A stretch of DNA of 28,607 bases from an archaeon (GCA_030619955.1 JAUXAK010000001.1:1-28607); one strand, 5' to 3'. Positions 17,723 through 25,781 are shown, counted from the first letter of the stretch. Numbers and translations: made by a program. The notes: generated by a model from the letters alone, not told the origin.

Positions 17723-18493
17723 TTAAATTTTTGAAATAAAAAACTTATAACCAGTGAAAGCAGAAATAACAGCAGTTATGCTTAGATTACTGACAGTTGC
17801 TCTGAAAATTGGCTCTGTTAATGCAAGACCTGCTCTGTCACCAAATTTTTTTATTATAGCTTTAATTTCATCTTCACTTAATATACTGTCTGTTTCTTGT
17901 ATTGTGCCTTCTTTTGTTATTTTAATTTTTTTATTAGCACCATCACATTGTATTAATTTTACAGAGGGATCTGCAATAAAAGGATTAAGCTTACCAAGGT
18001 CAAGAGCAACCATTGCTGGAGGTTTTTCTTCTTTTGGTGATGAGGGTGCTGCTGGCGGGGCAGGTGCTGGAGTTAACTCTGGTACCATTGGAGCTGCTTC
18101 AGCTTCTTCTTCAGGTGGTCTTGCTGGAGGTCTTGGAGGAGGAAGTGGCCATTCTTCAGTAACCTTGGGTGGTTTAGGTAAAGAAGGTAATTTTCTTTTG
18201 TAAATAGGTGCTTCTGCTTCAACTTCTGATACTTTTTTTATTTTAGGTTTTTCTTTTACTTTTTCAGCTTCTATTGTTAAAGGAGCAAGTTCTTTTCTTA
18301 TGCGTGCTTTTTCAGGCTTCATTATTGATGGTCTTAATTTCTTGCCTAATCTTGCTATTTTTTCCTCTGCTTTTAATTCTCTCTTTTTTCTTACTTTTTC
18401 TTCCACAATTTTTTCTTTAGCAATAGCTAATTGCTGCATAAAACTTTGAAGAAATTCTTTTTCAACTTTTTTTGCTTTTCCTTTTTCAGCCAT
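17723..18493 (-). CDS. Coiled-coil + Pro-rich linker + domain resembling the N-terminal domain of VirB11/TadA/FlaI ATPases (no ATPase domain)
   Basis: C-terminal DLGKLNPFIADPSVKLIQCDG..TDSILSEDEIKAIIKKF resembles GLGPLxPLLxDPxVxEIxxNG..TxxxFxxEEL. No Walker motifs. Start at MAEKGK (18493). Confidence 0.6.
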   Translation of the reverse strand: MAEKGKAKKVEKEFLQSFMQQLAIAKEKIVEEKVRKKRELKAEEKIARLGKKLRPSIMKPEKARIRKELAPLTIEAEKVKEKPKIKKVSEVEAEAPIYKRKLPSLPKPPKVTEEWPLPPPRPPARPPEEEAEAAPMVPELTPAPAPPAAPSSPKEEKPPAMVALDLGKLNPFIADPSVKLIQCDGANKKIKITKEGTIQETDSILSEDEIKAIIKKFGDRAGLALTEPIFRATVSNLSITAVISAFTGYKFFISKI

Positions 18494-18512
18494 CTTACAT
18501 CCAAGAAAATAA

Positions 18513-19010
18513 TTAGAAAGTAAATTCAGGCAAAGGTTCTGGTTTATACTCTTCTTCTGCTTCTTCCTCTGCTTCCTCTTCTGTAGCTTCTTCAGTTTCT
18601 TCTTCAGGTTCTTCAACTAATCGATGCCTTCTCTTTGTTAATGGCTTTGTTAGTCTTACTGGTCTTGCAGGCATTACACCAGCATGAGCTTCTTCTTTTT
18701 CTCTCATTGCTTTTTCCAACAAAAGCAAACCTCTTGCAATTGTCTTGTTTTGTTTAACAAGTGCATCAACCTTATCTATTAACTCTTTTGGTATTTCAGC
18801 TTTAGCTGCAGGCCCTTTTCCTTTTATTTTTGCCCCTTTAAAAGCTGTGCTTGCTTCTTCAAAAAGTTTTAACAAAGAAGAAATTTTCTTGTTGAGGGTT
18901 TTTAAGTCAGTAGCAAGACCTGTAAGCATTTTTTGCAGTGCAATAGAATTTTCTAAAAGCATTTCTAATGCTTTATTTTTTTTAGCAGCTTTAGGATTTT
19001 TAGCTTTCAT
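18513..19010 (-). CDS. Hypothetical coiled-coil protein with Glu-rich tail
   Basis: Heptad-like segments (LLENSIALQKMLTGLATDLKTLNKKISSLL; LVKQNKTIARGLLLLE), acidic low-complexity tail, SD-like AGAGGT upstream. Ends 19 bp before the next gene. Confidence 0.7.
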   Translation of the reverse strand: MKAKNPKAAKKNKALEMLLENSIALQKMLTGLATDLKTLNKKISSLLKLFEEASTAFKGAKIKGKGPAAKAEIPKELIDKVDALVKQNKTIARGLLLLEKAMREKEEAHAGVMPARPVRLTKPLTKRRHRLVEEPEEETEEATEEEAEEEAEEEYKPEPLPEFTF

Positions 19011-19163
19011 TATCTAACCTCTTTTTCTTTTACTTTTTTATGCTTTTTTAAGCATTAGAATGTTTAAAAATTTTTGCTTGTTTAAGGTTCACACAAATTT
19101 GGAATAAAAAAGAAAGATTTTGAATAATAAAATTTATAAGGTTTCTTAGTTTTTAATGTTCAT

Positions 19164-19247
19164 GCGGGAGTGTCGGAGTGGTCAAACGAGCAGGACTTAA
19201 GATCCTGTGGCTTAGTGCCTGCGCAGGTTCGAATCCTGTCTCCCGCA
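19164..19247 (+). tRNA. tRNA-Leu(TAA)
   Basis: Acceptor GCGGGAG/CTCCCGC plus A73. Anticodon arm CAGGA-CTTAAGA-TCCTG. Long variable arm, T-loop TTCGAAT. TATA TTTATAAG at 19133-19140. Confidence 0.98.
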
Positions 19248-19261
19248 TTAAAGCTTTGAAA

Positions 19262-19756
19262 ATGGTTAAGATACTTGTGGTTAATGAGGAAGATAATATT
19301 ATTAATTCCAAGGAGAGGGGAACATTAAATCAAGAGGAGATTTATCGTGTTTCAGCATTATGGATCAAGGATAGTAAGGAACAAATTCTTTTAGCTAGAA
19401 GAGCATATGCTAAGAAAAAAGATCCAGGAATGTGGGAGCCTGCTGTTGCAGGCACAGTTGAAGAAGGTGAAACTTATGAGTCTAATATTATAAAAAAAGC
19501 TGAGGAAGAGCTTGGTTTAGATAATATAAAATTAGAAAAAGGACCTAAACACAGAGTAAAGGGAAAACATAATCATTTTACACAATGGTTTATCTTATGT
19601 GTTGATAAAGACATAAATGATTTTAAAGTTAAAGAAGATGAAGTAGCCGAAATCAGATGGTTTAGTAAGGATAAAATATTGAAACTTATTAAGAACAATC
19701 CTAAAGAGGTTATTGAGGCTCTTAAAAAGAATATTAATTTATTATTGGAAATATGA
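19262..19756 (+). CDS. Nudix hydrolase (Idi/YfcD-like)
   Basis: YRVSALWI, ILLARRA..K..PGMWE.AVAGTVEEGET..EEELGL, VAEIRWF. Start moved to 19262 because the track's start lies inside tRNA-Leu. Confidence 0.88.
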   Translation: MVKILVVNEEDNIINSKERGTLNQEEIYRVSALWIKDSKEQILLARRAYAKKKDPGMWEPAVAGTVEEGETYESNIIKKAEEELGLDNIKLEKGPKHRVKGKHNHFTQWFILCVDKDINDFKVKEDEVAEIRWFSKDKILKLIKNNPKEVIEALKKNINLLLEI

Positions 19757-20751
19757 ACAAAAAAATTTACCTTTATTTTCATGATGATTTTGATGGAATT
19801 GTTTCTTGTGTTTTAGCTTTTTATTTATTAAAAGAACTAAGTTTTAAACCAATAATTGGAAAGCCTGTTTACTCAGAAGAAATTCTTTCTTGGAGAAAAC
19901 TGAAAATTAAAGTAAAGAAACCTTTTGCTTCTTTGGATTTACCTTATAGAAAAGATGCTTTGGTTTATTTTGATCATCATAGTTCAAATAAACCTTCTAA
20001 AATCAGCAAAATCACAAAGTACTGGAAATTTAAGCAAGCAGATTCATGTGCCCAAGTTATTTTTGATTATATTAAAGACAAAAATTTGTTAGGTAAAAAA
20101 TCAATATTTAGAGAGCTTGTCAAGAAAGCAAATATCGGCGATGCTGCTTTGTTTTCTAAGTTTGGAATTCCTCCCCTAGAAACAATAAAACCAAAAAGAG
20201 CAGCAGGAAAAATTGCTGTTTTACTTGGAAATTTCAAATATGATAAAGGGCTGAGAAAAAAGATAATAAATGATTTAATAAAAGAACTGGATTTAGAAAA
20301 AATAGCTAAGAAAAATTATATAAAAGAAAGATATAAAAAAATTTGGCCAAACATCAAAGTTTCTTTAAAAAAATTTAAAGAAAATAGTGGTTATGCCTCC
20401 CAGTTACATAAAAAATTTGGCTTAGTGACTTATAAAACTCTTTCTTATAGGTTTATGAGATTTGCTCCAGCTGTCTTTTATCCAAAATCTCTGGTGTGGA
20501 TAGGGTTAGTAAAGCAAAAAAAAATTTATTCTATAAAAATTTCAAAAAATCCATGGAATCACAAGTCAGACATTCTTTTTAAAAAAGGATTGCATATTGG
20601 CAATATCTTAAAAAAATTTGGTGGGGGAGGGCATGCAAGTGTTGGTGCTGCCCAATTTACATCTTATAAAAAAACCAAAGAAAGTATGAAAATTGTAGTT
20701 AAGGAAATAGAAAAGAATCTTCTGAAATTGAAATCCAAGAGCAAAGAGTAA
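19753..20751 (+). CDS. DHH/DHHA1 family phosphoesterase (NrnA-like)
   Basis: HDDFDG, FDHH, DSCA, C-terminal GGGGHASVGAA. ATGA overlap with the Nudix gene. Confidence 0.9.
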   Translation: MNKKIYLYFHDDFDGIVSCVLAFYLLKELSFKPIIGKPVYSEEILSWRKLKIKVKKPFASLDLPYRKDALVYFDHHSSNKPSKISKITKYWKFKQADSCAQVIFDYIKDKNLLGKKSIFRELVKKANIGDAALFSKFGIPPLETIKPKRAAGKIAVLLGNFKYDKGLRKKIINDLIKELDLEKIAKKNYIKERYKKIWPNIKVSLKKFKENSGYASQLHKKFGLVTYKTLSYRFMRFAPAVFYPKSLVWIGLVKQKKIYSIKISKNPWNHKSDILFKKGLHIGNILKKFGGGGHASVGAAQFTSYKKTKESMKIVVKEIEKNLLKLKSKSKE

Positions 20752-20782
20752 TGTTTAAAAATTCTTTTTTCTTTTATATGAT

Positions 20783-21046
20783 GGGTAGGTTAGGCTGGCA
20801 CGCTAGCCCTGTGCCGTTTGCAAATGGGCTTTATGGCAAGCTGCAAGAGAAGGAGTTATATATTTGTTAGTAAGTCCTGACTTGGACGTTGAGGTCTTGT
20901 CCTGCTTGATCTTGCCCTAGCAAACTGGGTCAGTTCCGGAAGGAGGCAGCCCTAAGTTAGAGTTAAGATGCTTGTAGGGTTGCAGGACTGAGGAAGAGCC
21001 AGGGTAGCTTTCTGATAAGTATAGAAGCAAATTCTCGAACCTGCCT
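20783..21046 (+). ncRNA. ffs: Archaeal SRP RNA (7S), short form of about 264 nt
   Basis: Helix 8 GGGTCAGTTCC-GGAA-GGAGGCAGCCC. Terminal helix GGGTAGGTT/AACCTGCCT. Helix 5 GTCCTGC(20899-905)/GCAGGAC(20982-988). Alu-like 5' region. TATA TTTAAAAA at 20754-20761. Ends are approximate. Confidence 0.93.
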
Positions 21047-21056
21047 GCTTTAGAAA

Positions 21057-21629
21057 ATGAAAAAAAGAGGACAATTTTTTATAATTGGTGCAGTTATTCT
21101 TGGAATACTAATCTTGGGCTTAGCTACGACTTTTAATATTACATTAAAAAAAGATGAAATTTCCCAGGAAAAGTTTAATGCAATGTGTCAAAACTATGAA
21201 AAAGAGGTTTTTGAAATAAGTAAATATACAATAAACACTCAAAACAAGAGTAATGAGCCAGAATTAATAAAAAATTTTACAATAAAATTCTTAAATTATT
21301 CAAGAACTGTTGATCCAAATTTTAGACTTTTGTATGTTTATGGAAATAATAAAAATGTCACAATTTTCAATTATATTAATCATACCCTCAACATCGATAT
21401 AACAAATGGCACTGAAAATTATCCTATAGAACAATTACAAAGTTGTGATGTCCATGATATTTATATTAATGATATAAGTTTATGTATAAATAGCATTGCT
21501 AATGATAGTATAAAATGGATTAATATCACAAATGGAAAAATTAATAAAAAGTATTCTATTGCTGATGATGAATGCTTTTATTTTATAGCAAGAACAACGA
21601 AAGAGGGTGAAGAATATTTTTGCGAATAA
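21057..21629 (+). CDS. Type IV pilin-like protein (class III signal peptide)
   Basis: MKKRG|QFFIIGAVILGILILGLATTF, then a polar Asn/Cys-containing domain. Confidence 0.75.
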   Translation: MKKRGQFFIIGAVILGILILGLATTFNITLKKDEISQEKFNAMCQNYEKEVFEISKYTINTQNKSNEPELIKNFTIKFLNYSRTVDPNFRLLYVYGNNKNVTIFNYINHTLNIDITNGTENYPIEQLQSCDVHDIYINDISLCINSIANDSIKWINITNGKINKKYSIADDECFYFIARTTKEGEEYFCE

Positions 21630-21655
21630 AAAACAAAAATAAAATAAATAAAAAA

Positions 21656-22147
21656 ATGCAAAAAACAAAAAAACTAACAAATAAAAAAGGAATAAGTGTG
21701 CTTATATCTTATGTTTTACTTATTAGTTTAGCATTAGCAATGGCAGCTGCTGCTTATATATTTCTTAAACCCTTTGCTGAAAAACCCTTGCCAGAAGAAG
21801 CCTGTCCTGCAGGTGTAAATATTGTGCTTGAAGATTATAATTGTTATGATGACGATGGCCAGAAAAAAATAGATATAACTTTAAAAAATCGAGGCTTATT
21901 TAATGTAACTGGGGTGACAATTAGAATGATAAATGAAACAGGTGAATATCCTTTTCTGGAAGGAGGAAAAATCAACCCTTCTTTATCAGGGGAAGATGTT
22001 TTACCAGTCGGCACAACAAAAGAAGCATATTTAATTTATGCTAGTGCTATTTCACATATAAAGATAATGCCATTTAGAAAAGATTCTAAAGGATATCAAT
22101 CATATTGCACAGATGCAATTGTTATCATACCTGTAGAAGGCTGTTGA
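21656..22147 (+). CDS. Archaeal type IV pilin-like protein
   Basis: NKKG|ISVLISYVLLISLALAMAAAAYIFL, with Cys pairs. ATG at 21656 preferred over TTG at 21620. Confidence 0.85.
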   Translation: MQKTKKLTNKKGISVLISYVLLISLALAMAAAAYIFLKPFAEKPLPEEACPAGVNIVLEDYNCYDDDGQKKIDITLKNRGLFNVTGVTIRMINETGEYPFLEGGKINPSLSGEDVLPVGTTKEAYLIYASAISHIKIMPFRKDSKGYQSYCTDAIVIIPVEGC

Positions 22148-22192
22148 TAAAAAGATATTTAAATTTAATAAAATATATAAAATAAATAAAAG

Positions 22193-22660
22193 ATGGAAAA
22201 AAACAGAGAAAGAAAAAAGAAGAAAAAAGGAGTTTCACCTTTAATTGCTACTGTGTTGCTTATTGTTGTAGCAATTTCTCTTTTTACAATTATATTTCTA
22301 TGGATTAGAGGATTTCAACGTGAATCTATTCTTAAATTTGGCACACCAATTGAAACAACTTGCATGAGCTTAAATTATGAAATAAAATTTCATCCAGATA
22401 AAACTCTAGAAATAATTAATAATGGAAATTTTCAAATTTTCAGAGCAGATGTTTATATTACAGACCAAGAGGGTTCAACAAAAAAACTTGGAGTTACGGA
22501 TGGAGATCTTTTAGAAAACATTCTTCCAGCAAGCAGTGCAAGAATATCAGTCAGTGATTGTGAAAAAATAAAAGTAATTCCAGTCTTGCTTGGCACAACT
22601 CAGGCAGGTGCTGAAAAAGAACATGCTTGTGAAAACCAGGCTAAAACTATTTTATGTTAA
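22193..22660 (+). CDS. Archaeal type IV pilin (archaellin/pilin N-terminal motif)
   Basis: KKKG|VSPLIATVLLIVVAISLFTIIFLWI is a canonical archaeal pilin N-terminus. Confidence 0.9.
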   Translation: MEKNRERKKKKKGVSPLIATVLLIVVAISLFTIIFLWIRGFQRESILKFGTPIETTCMSLNYEIKFHPDKTLEIINNGNFQIFRADVYITDQEGSTKKLGVTDGDLLENILPASSARISVSDCEKIKVIPVLLGTTQAGAEKEHACENQAKTILC

Positions 22661-22725
22661 TAGAAAGATTTTTTAATGTCTTTCTCTTAAAAAAGAAATA
22701 AAAAATAAAGATAAAATAAATAAAA

Positions 22726-23223
22726 ATGAAACAAAATAAAAGAGGTATTGCACCAATAATTGCTACTGTACTATTAATTGTTATAGTGCTTGCAAGTATA
22801 GCCTTGATTATTGGTTTTGTAGTGCCATTTATGCAGGAACGAATGGGAACAGCAGAATTATGTTACAAAGCACAAGGAATACAAATTGACTCGCAAGCAA
22901 CATGTTATGAGGATGAGAATTTAATATTAAAAATAGTGTGGAGTGGCAATGAACAACTTGATTTAACAAAAATCAGATTGTCAGTTAGTACAGCAACAGA
23001 AACAAAATCAATAGAAATTCCTGGAGATGTAGATGGTGAATTACCACAACATCCTGGAGAAGCAAGAACCTACACATTAGGATATGGTGGGGGTAGTTTA
23101 GGATTTGAAGATAATTTCAAAACAACTCCTTTAACTGCAGTTTCAATTGCACCTGTGATAAAACCAGAAAAAGGAAATGAAATAACTTGTGATATTAAAG
23201 AGATAGCTATAGAACACTGTTAA
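22726..23223 (+). CDS. Archaeal type IV pilin (archaellin/pilin N-terminal motif)
   Basis: NKRG|IAPIIATVLLIVIVLASIALIIGFV. Confidence 0.9.
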   Translation: MKQNKRGIAPIIATVLLIVIVLASIALIIGFVVPFMQERMGTAELCYKAQGIQIDSQATCYEDENLILKIVWSGNEQLDLTKIRLSVSTATETKSIEIPGDVDGELPQHPGEARTYTLGYGGGSLGFEDNFKTTPLTAVSIAPVIKPEKGNEITCDIKEIAIEHC

Positions 23224-23233
23224 TCTTTTAAAG

Positions 23234-23758
23234 ATGAAAAGAAAAGAAGGAGTAATATGGGTTTCTACTGTTCTTTATATTATGATTAGTCTTGCTATTA
23301 TTAGCATTGTGCTTGTTGCTGTCAAACCAAGAATTGATTCTGCTCAAGACAAAGCAACTATTGAGCAGACAATTATATTATTAAATGAGATAGATTCAAC
23401 AATCACAAGAGCTGATATAACCCAAGGTACAGTACTTAAACAGGAATTTAAAATGTCCAGGGGCTTGCTTACAATAGACTCAAAAGAGGATTTGATAGAA
23501 TGGCAGTTTTCAAGCAGTTATCAATACAGTGAAACTGGCATGCCAATTAAAATCGGAAAAATAAAAGTGCTAACACAAAAAGCAGCTCCTTGGAATGTCA
23601 CATTAACTTTAAATTATGCAAACATGAATTTAACTTATCTGGGTGAGGATGAAAATTATATACTTCAGCCAGCTGAAATCCCTTATAAATTGTTTATGGA
23701 AAATAAAGGGCCAACTGTAGCTGAGGATAAAAACCAGATTGATATTTATGGAATTTAA
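23234..23758 (+). CDS. Pilin-like protein (atypical class III signal peptide)
   Basis: MKRKEG|VIWVSTVLYIMISLAIISIVLVAVKP. Same operon as the other pilins. Confidence 0.7.
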   Translation: MKRKEGVIWVSTVLYIMISLAIISIVLVAVKPRIDSAQDKATIEQTIILLNEIDSTITRADITQGTVLKQEFKMSRGLLTIDSKEDLIEWQFSSSYQYSETGMPIKIGKIKVLTQKAAPWNVTLTLNYANMNLTYLGEDENYILQPAEIPYKLFMENKGPTVAEDKNQIDIYGI

Positions 23759-23940
23759 TTTACTTATTTTTATAACTTTAGTGCGTTGTTAACTAAAGAG
23801 GACTTGCCCTTGTCAAATTCTTTATACATTTAGAAATATCTCTATCAACAATAACAATATACCCTACGTTTCTTACATCCTTATACTTAACAATATATCA
23901 CTTTAGAAAATTTTAAATAAACACTTGAATAGGTAATTTT

Positions 23941-25188
23941 ATGTTAGATCCAAAATTAATAAGGCAAAAGCCTGCTTTTGTAAGAGAAAATTTAAAAAAG
24001 AGGCAGCTTGATACTACTCTTGTTGATAAATGGCTTGTTCTTGATAAAAAATATAGGGAATTGAAACAGAAAGTTGATGCTCTTAGGCACAAGCGTAATG
24101 AGATTTCTGAAGAAATTAATAGACTGAATAAATCAGGTAAGAAAAAAGAAATGAAAAAGAAAATAATCGAAGCTAAAACAACAGTTAAAAAAACAAAAGA
24201 ACTTGAAGAGCAGATTAGAAAAATTGAGTATAAGCTTAAAGAACTAACATTAACTTTTCCTAATCTTGTGGCTTCACTTCCTAAGAAAGAAAAAATAATA
24301 TTAAGTCATGGAAAAGGAAAAAAAGAGAAATGGCAAAAAGATTATTTGCAGATTGGTAAAGAATTAAATTTAATTGATTTTGATTCTGCTATTAAGATGG
24401 CTGGAGAGGGTTTTTATAGTTTAAAAGGTGAAGGAGTTAGGTTATTAAGGGCATTAATAAATTTTTGTCTTGATATAGCAAGAAAAAATAATTATAAAGA
24501 GATTTATATCCCTATTTTAATAAACCAAAAAGCTGCAACTTATTCTGGGCACTTACCAAGATTTAAAGAAGGCATGTATATAACACAAGATGGTTTTTAT
24601 TTAAGTCCAACTGAAGAGGTTAGTTTACTTAGTTTATATGCTGACCAGACTCTAAGAAAACAAGAATTACCTATTAATGTTGTAGCATATGCCCCAAGTT
24701 TTAGAACAGAAAAAGGAGCAACAAAAGGGATTATTAGAACACATCAATTTGATGAAGTTGAGTTGTTCAAATTTGTAAAACCAAGTGAAAGCAATAAAGA
24801 ATTACAAAAAATGATCAAAGATGCTGCACAACCATTAGAATTATTAAAATTACCTTTTAGAATAAAATTATTACCAGCTCTTGATATAGCTTCACAAAGC
24901 AGTATAACTTATGATATTGATGTCTTTTCACCAAGAAGCAACTGGTTAGAAGTTAGTTCATGTTCTAATTGTTTGGATTACCAAGCTAGAAGAGCAAGAA
25001 TTTATTATACTGAGAAAGATAAAAGAAACTTTGTTCATACACTAAATGGTACTAGTTTAGGTATAAACCGCTTGTTTGTTGCAATTCTTGAAAATTATCA
25101 GCAAAAAGATGGAAGTATAAAAATTCCAGCTGTTCTGCAAAAATATATTGGACTGAAAAAGATTGAAAGAAAAAAGACAAAGAAATAA
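23941..25188 (+). CDS. serS: Serine--tRNA ligase (bacterial-type SerRS)
   Basis: MLDPKLIR, N-terminal coiled coil, LSPTEEV, motif 2 FRTE..GIIRTHQF, LEVSSCSNCLDYQARR, motif 3 HTLNGT.LG..R..AILENYQ. Confidence 0.95.
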   Translation: MLDPKLIRQKPAFVRENLKKRQLDTTLVDKWLVLDKKYRELKQKVDALRHKRNEISEEINRLNKSGKKKEMKKKIIEAKTTVKKTKELEEQIRKIEYKLKELTLTFPNLVASLPKKEKIILSHGKGKKEKWQKDYLQIGKELNLIDFDSAIKMAGEGFYSLKGEGVRLLRALINFCLDIARKNNYKEIYIPILINQKAATYSGHLPRFKEGMYITQDGFYLSPTEEVSLLSLYADQTLRKQELPINVVAYAPSFRTEKGATKGIIRTHQFDEVELFKFVKPSESNKELQKMIKDAAQPLELLKLPFRIKLLPALDIASQSSITYDIDVFSPRSNWLEVSSCSNCLDYQARRARIYYTEKDKRNFVHTLNGTSLGINRLFVAILENYQQKDGSIKIPAVLQKYIGLKKIERKKTKK

Positions 25189-25224
25189 AAAAAATAAAAA
25201 ATTAAATCATTTCTTCTAAAGGAT

Positions 25225-25563
25225 TTATTTTCCTGCTGCAACTAATCCAAGAATTCCGCCAATTATAGCAAGTATATTAACGCCGCCAAGTATACCAAAT
25301 ATTAGTGCAAAAAGTCCGCCTTTCTTGCATGTCCTTTTATCTCTCATCCATAATCCGCCAAAGATCATTAACACACTAAAGATGATGTATAAAATTCCTA
25401 GTACAATCCAAAGTGCAGTCACTGCTCCAGTAATTGCCGAGATACCCATGGCTTCATACATGGTTACCATAAAACCGCCACCAGCTGCTAATATTATCCC
25501 GCTGATGATTCCTAGGATTCCACCAATTAGTGCCAGAATAAATCCTGCTTCTGATTTAGTCAT
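25225..25563 (-). CDS. Small Gly-rich three-TM membrane protein (DUF4064-like)
   Basis: AGFILALIGGILGII, three hydrophobic helices, C-terminal ILAIIGGILGLV. Strong SD GGGAGGT upstream. Confidence 0.75.
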   Translation of the reverse strand: MTKSEAGFILALIGGILGIISGIILAAGGGFMVTMYEAMGISAITGAVTALWIVLGILYIIFSVLMIFGGLWMRDKRTCKKGGLFALIFGILGGVNILAIIGGILGLVAAGK

Positions 25564-25781
25564 TTTTTAACCTCCCTTAAGTTTATTATATTTGATTATG
25601 TATTTATTCTGCTATCTTTTTTATAAAAAAAGAACTATTCAGTATAAAAAGTTTTCTGAAGACAAAAAATAGTAACTTAATTTGTTTTTTTCTTTATTGC
25701 TATCTTTACTATTTCAAAATGACTTAAATAGAAACTTTTAAATATAATTGTATCTTATTTTGAAATGTGATAAACTGAAAA

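Noticed and set aside
17990-18620. Locally GC-rich or repetitive DNA (Pro-rich and Glu-rich tracts)
   Set aside because: Explained by low-complexity protein coding. It is not an ncRNA or a repeat array.
9275-21655. Extended N-termini in the track (9275, 10709, 13601, 18616, 19178, 21620, also 4952)
   Set aside because: They run through metG, tRNAs or neighbouring genes. Downstream ATGs coincide with family N-termini and correctly spaced TATA or ATGA junctions.
834-21680. Short opposite-strand or alternative-frame ORFs in the track (834-1031, 853-1038, 4246-4476, 5951-6136, 6368-6550, 7875-8189, 8984-9208, 10487-10744, 10741-11001, 11600-11806, 13348-13641, 15361-15564, 15709-15894, 16311-16541, 17451-17675, 17754-18203, 18745-19017, 19573-19782, 21480-21680, also 25325-25570)
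   Set aside because: All lie within or across well-supported genes or tRNAs and show the Phe/Ser/Leu/Ile-rich composition of antisense shadows of Lys/Glu-rich genes.
23759-23940. Direct repeat TAACAATATA (23852-23861 and 23888-23897, 36-bp period) and a 34-codon start-less minus-strand frame
   Set aside because: Only two copies of a 10-bp AT-rich word, too short for a CRISPR repeat, with no cas genes. The frame has no start codon or recognisable similarity. A regulator site cannot be excluded.
25617-25630. Perfect 14-bp palindrome TTTTTTATAAAAAA
   Set aside because: Homopolymer-based and expected by chance in this AT-rich intergenic DNA. It probably doubles as a TATA element.
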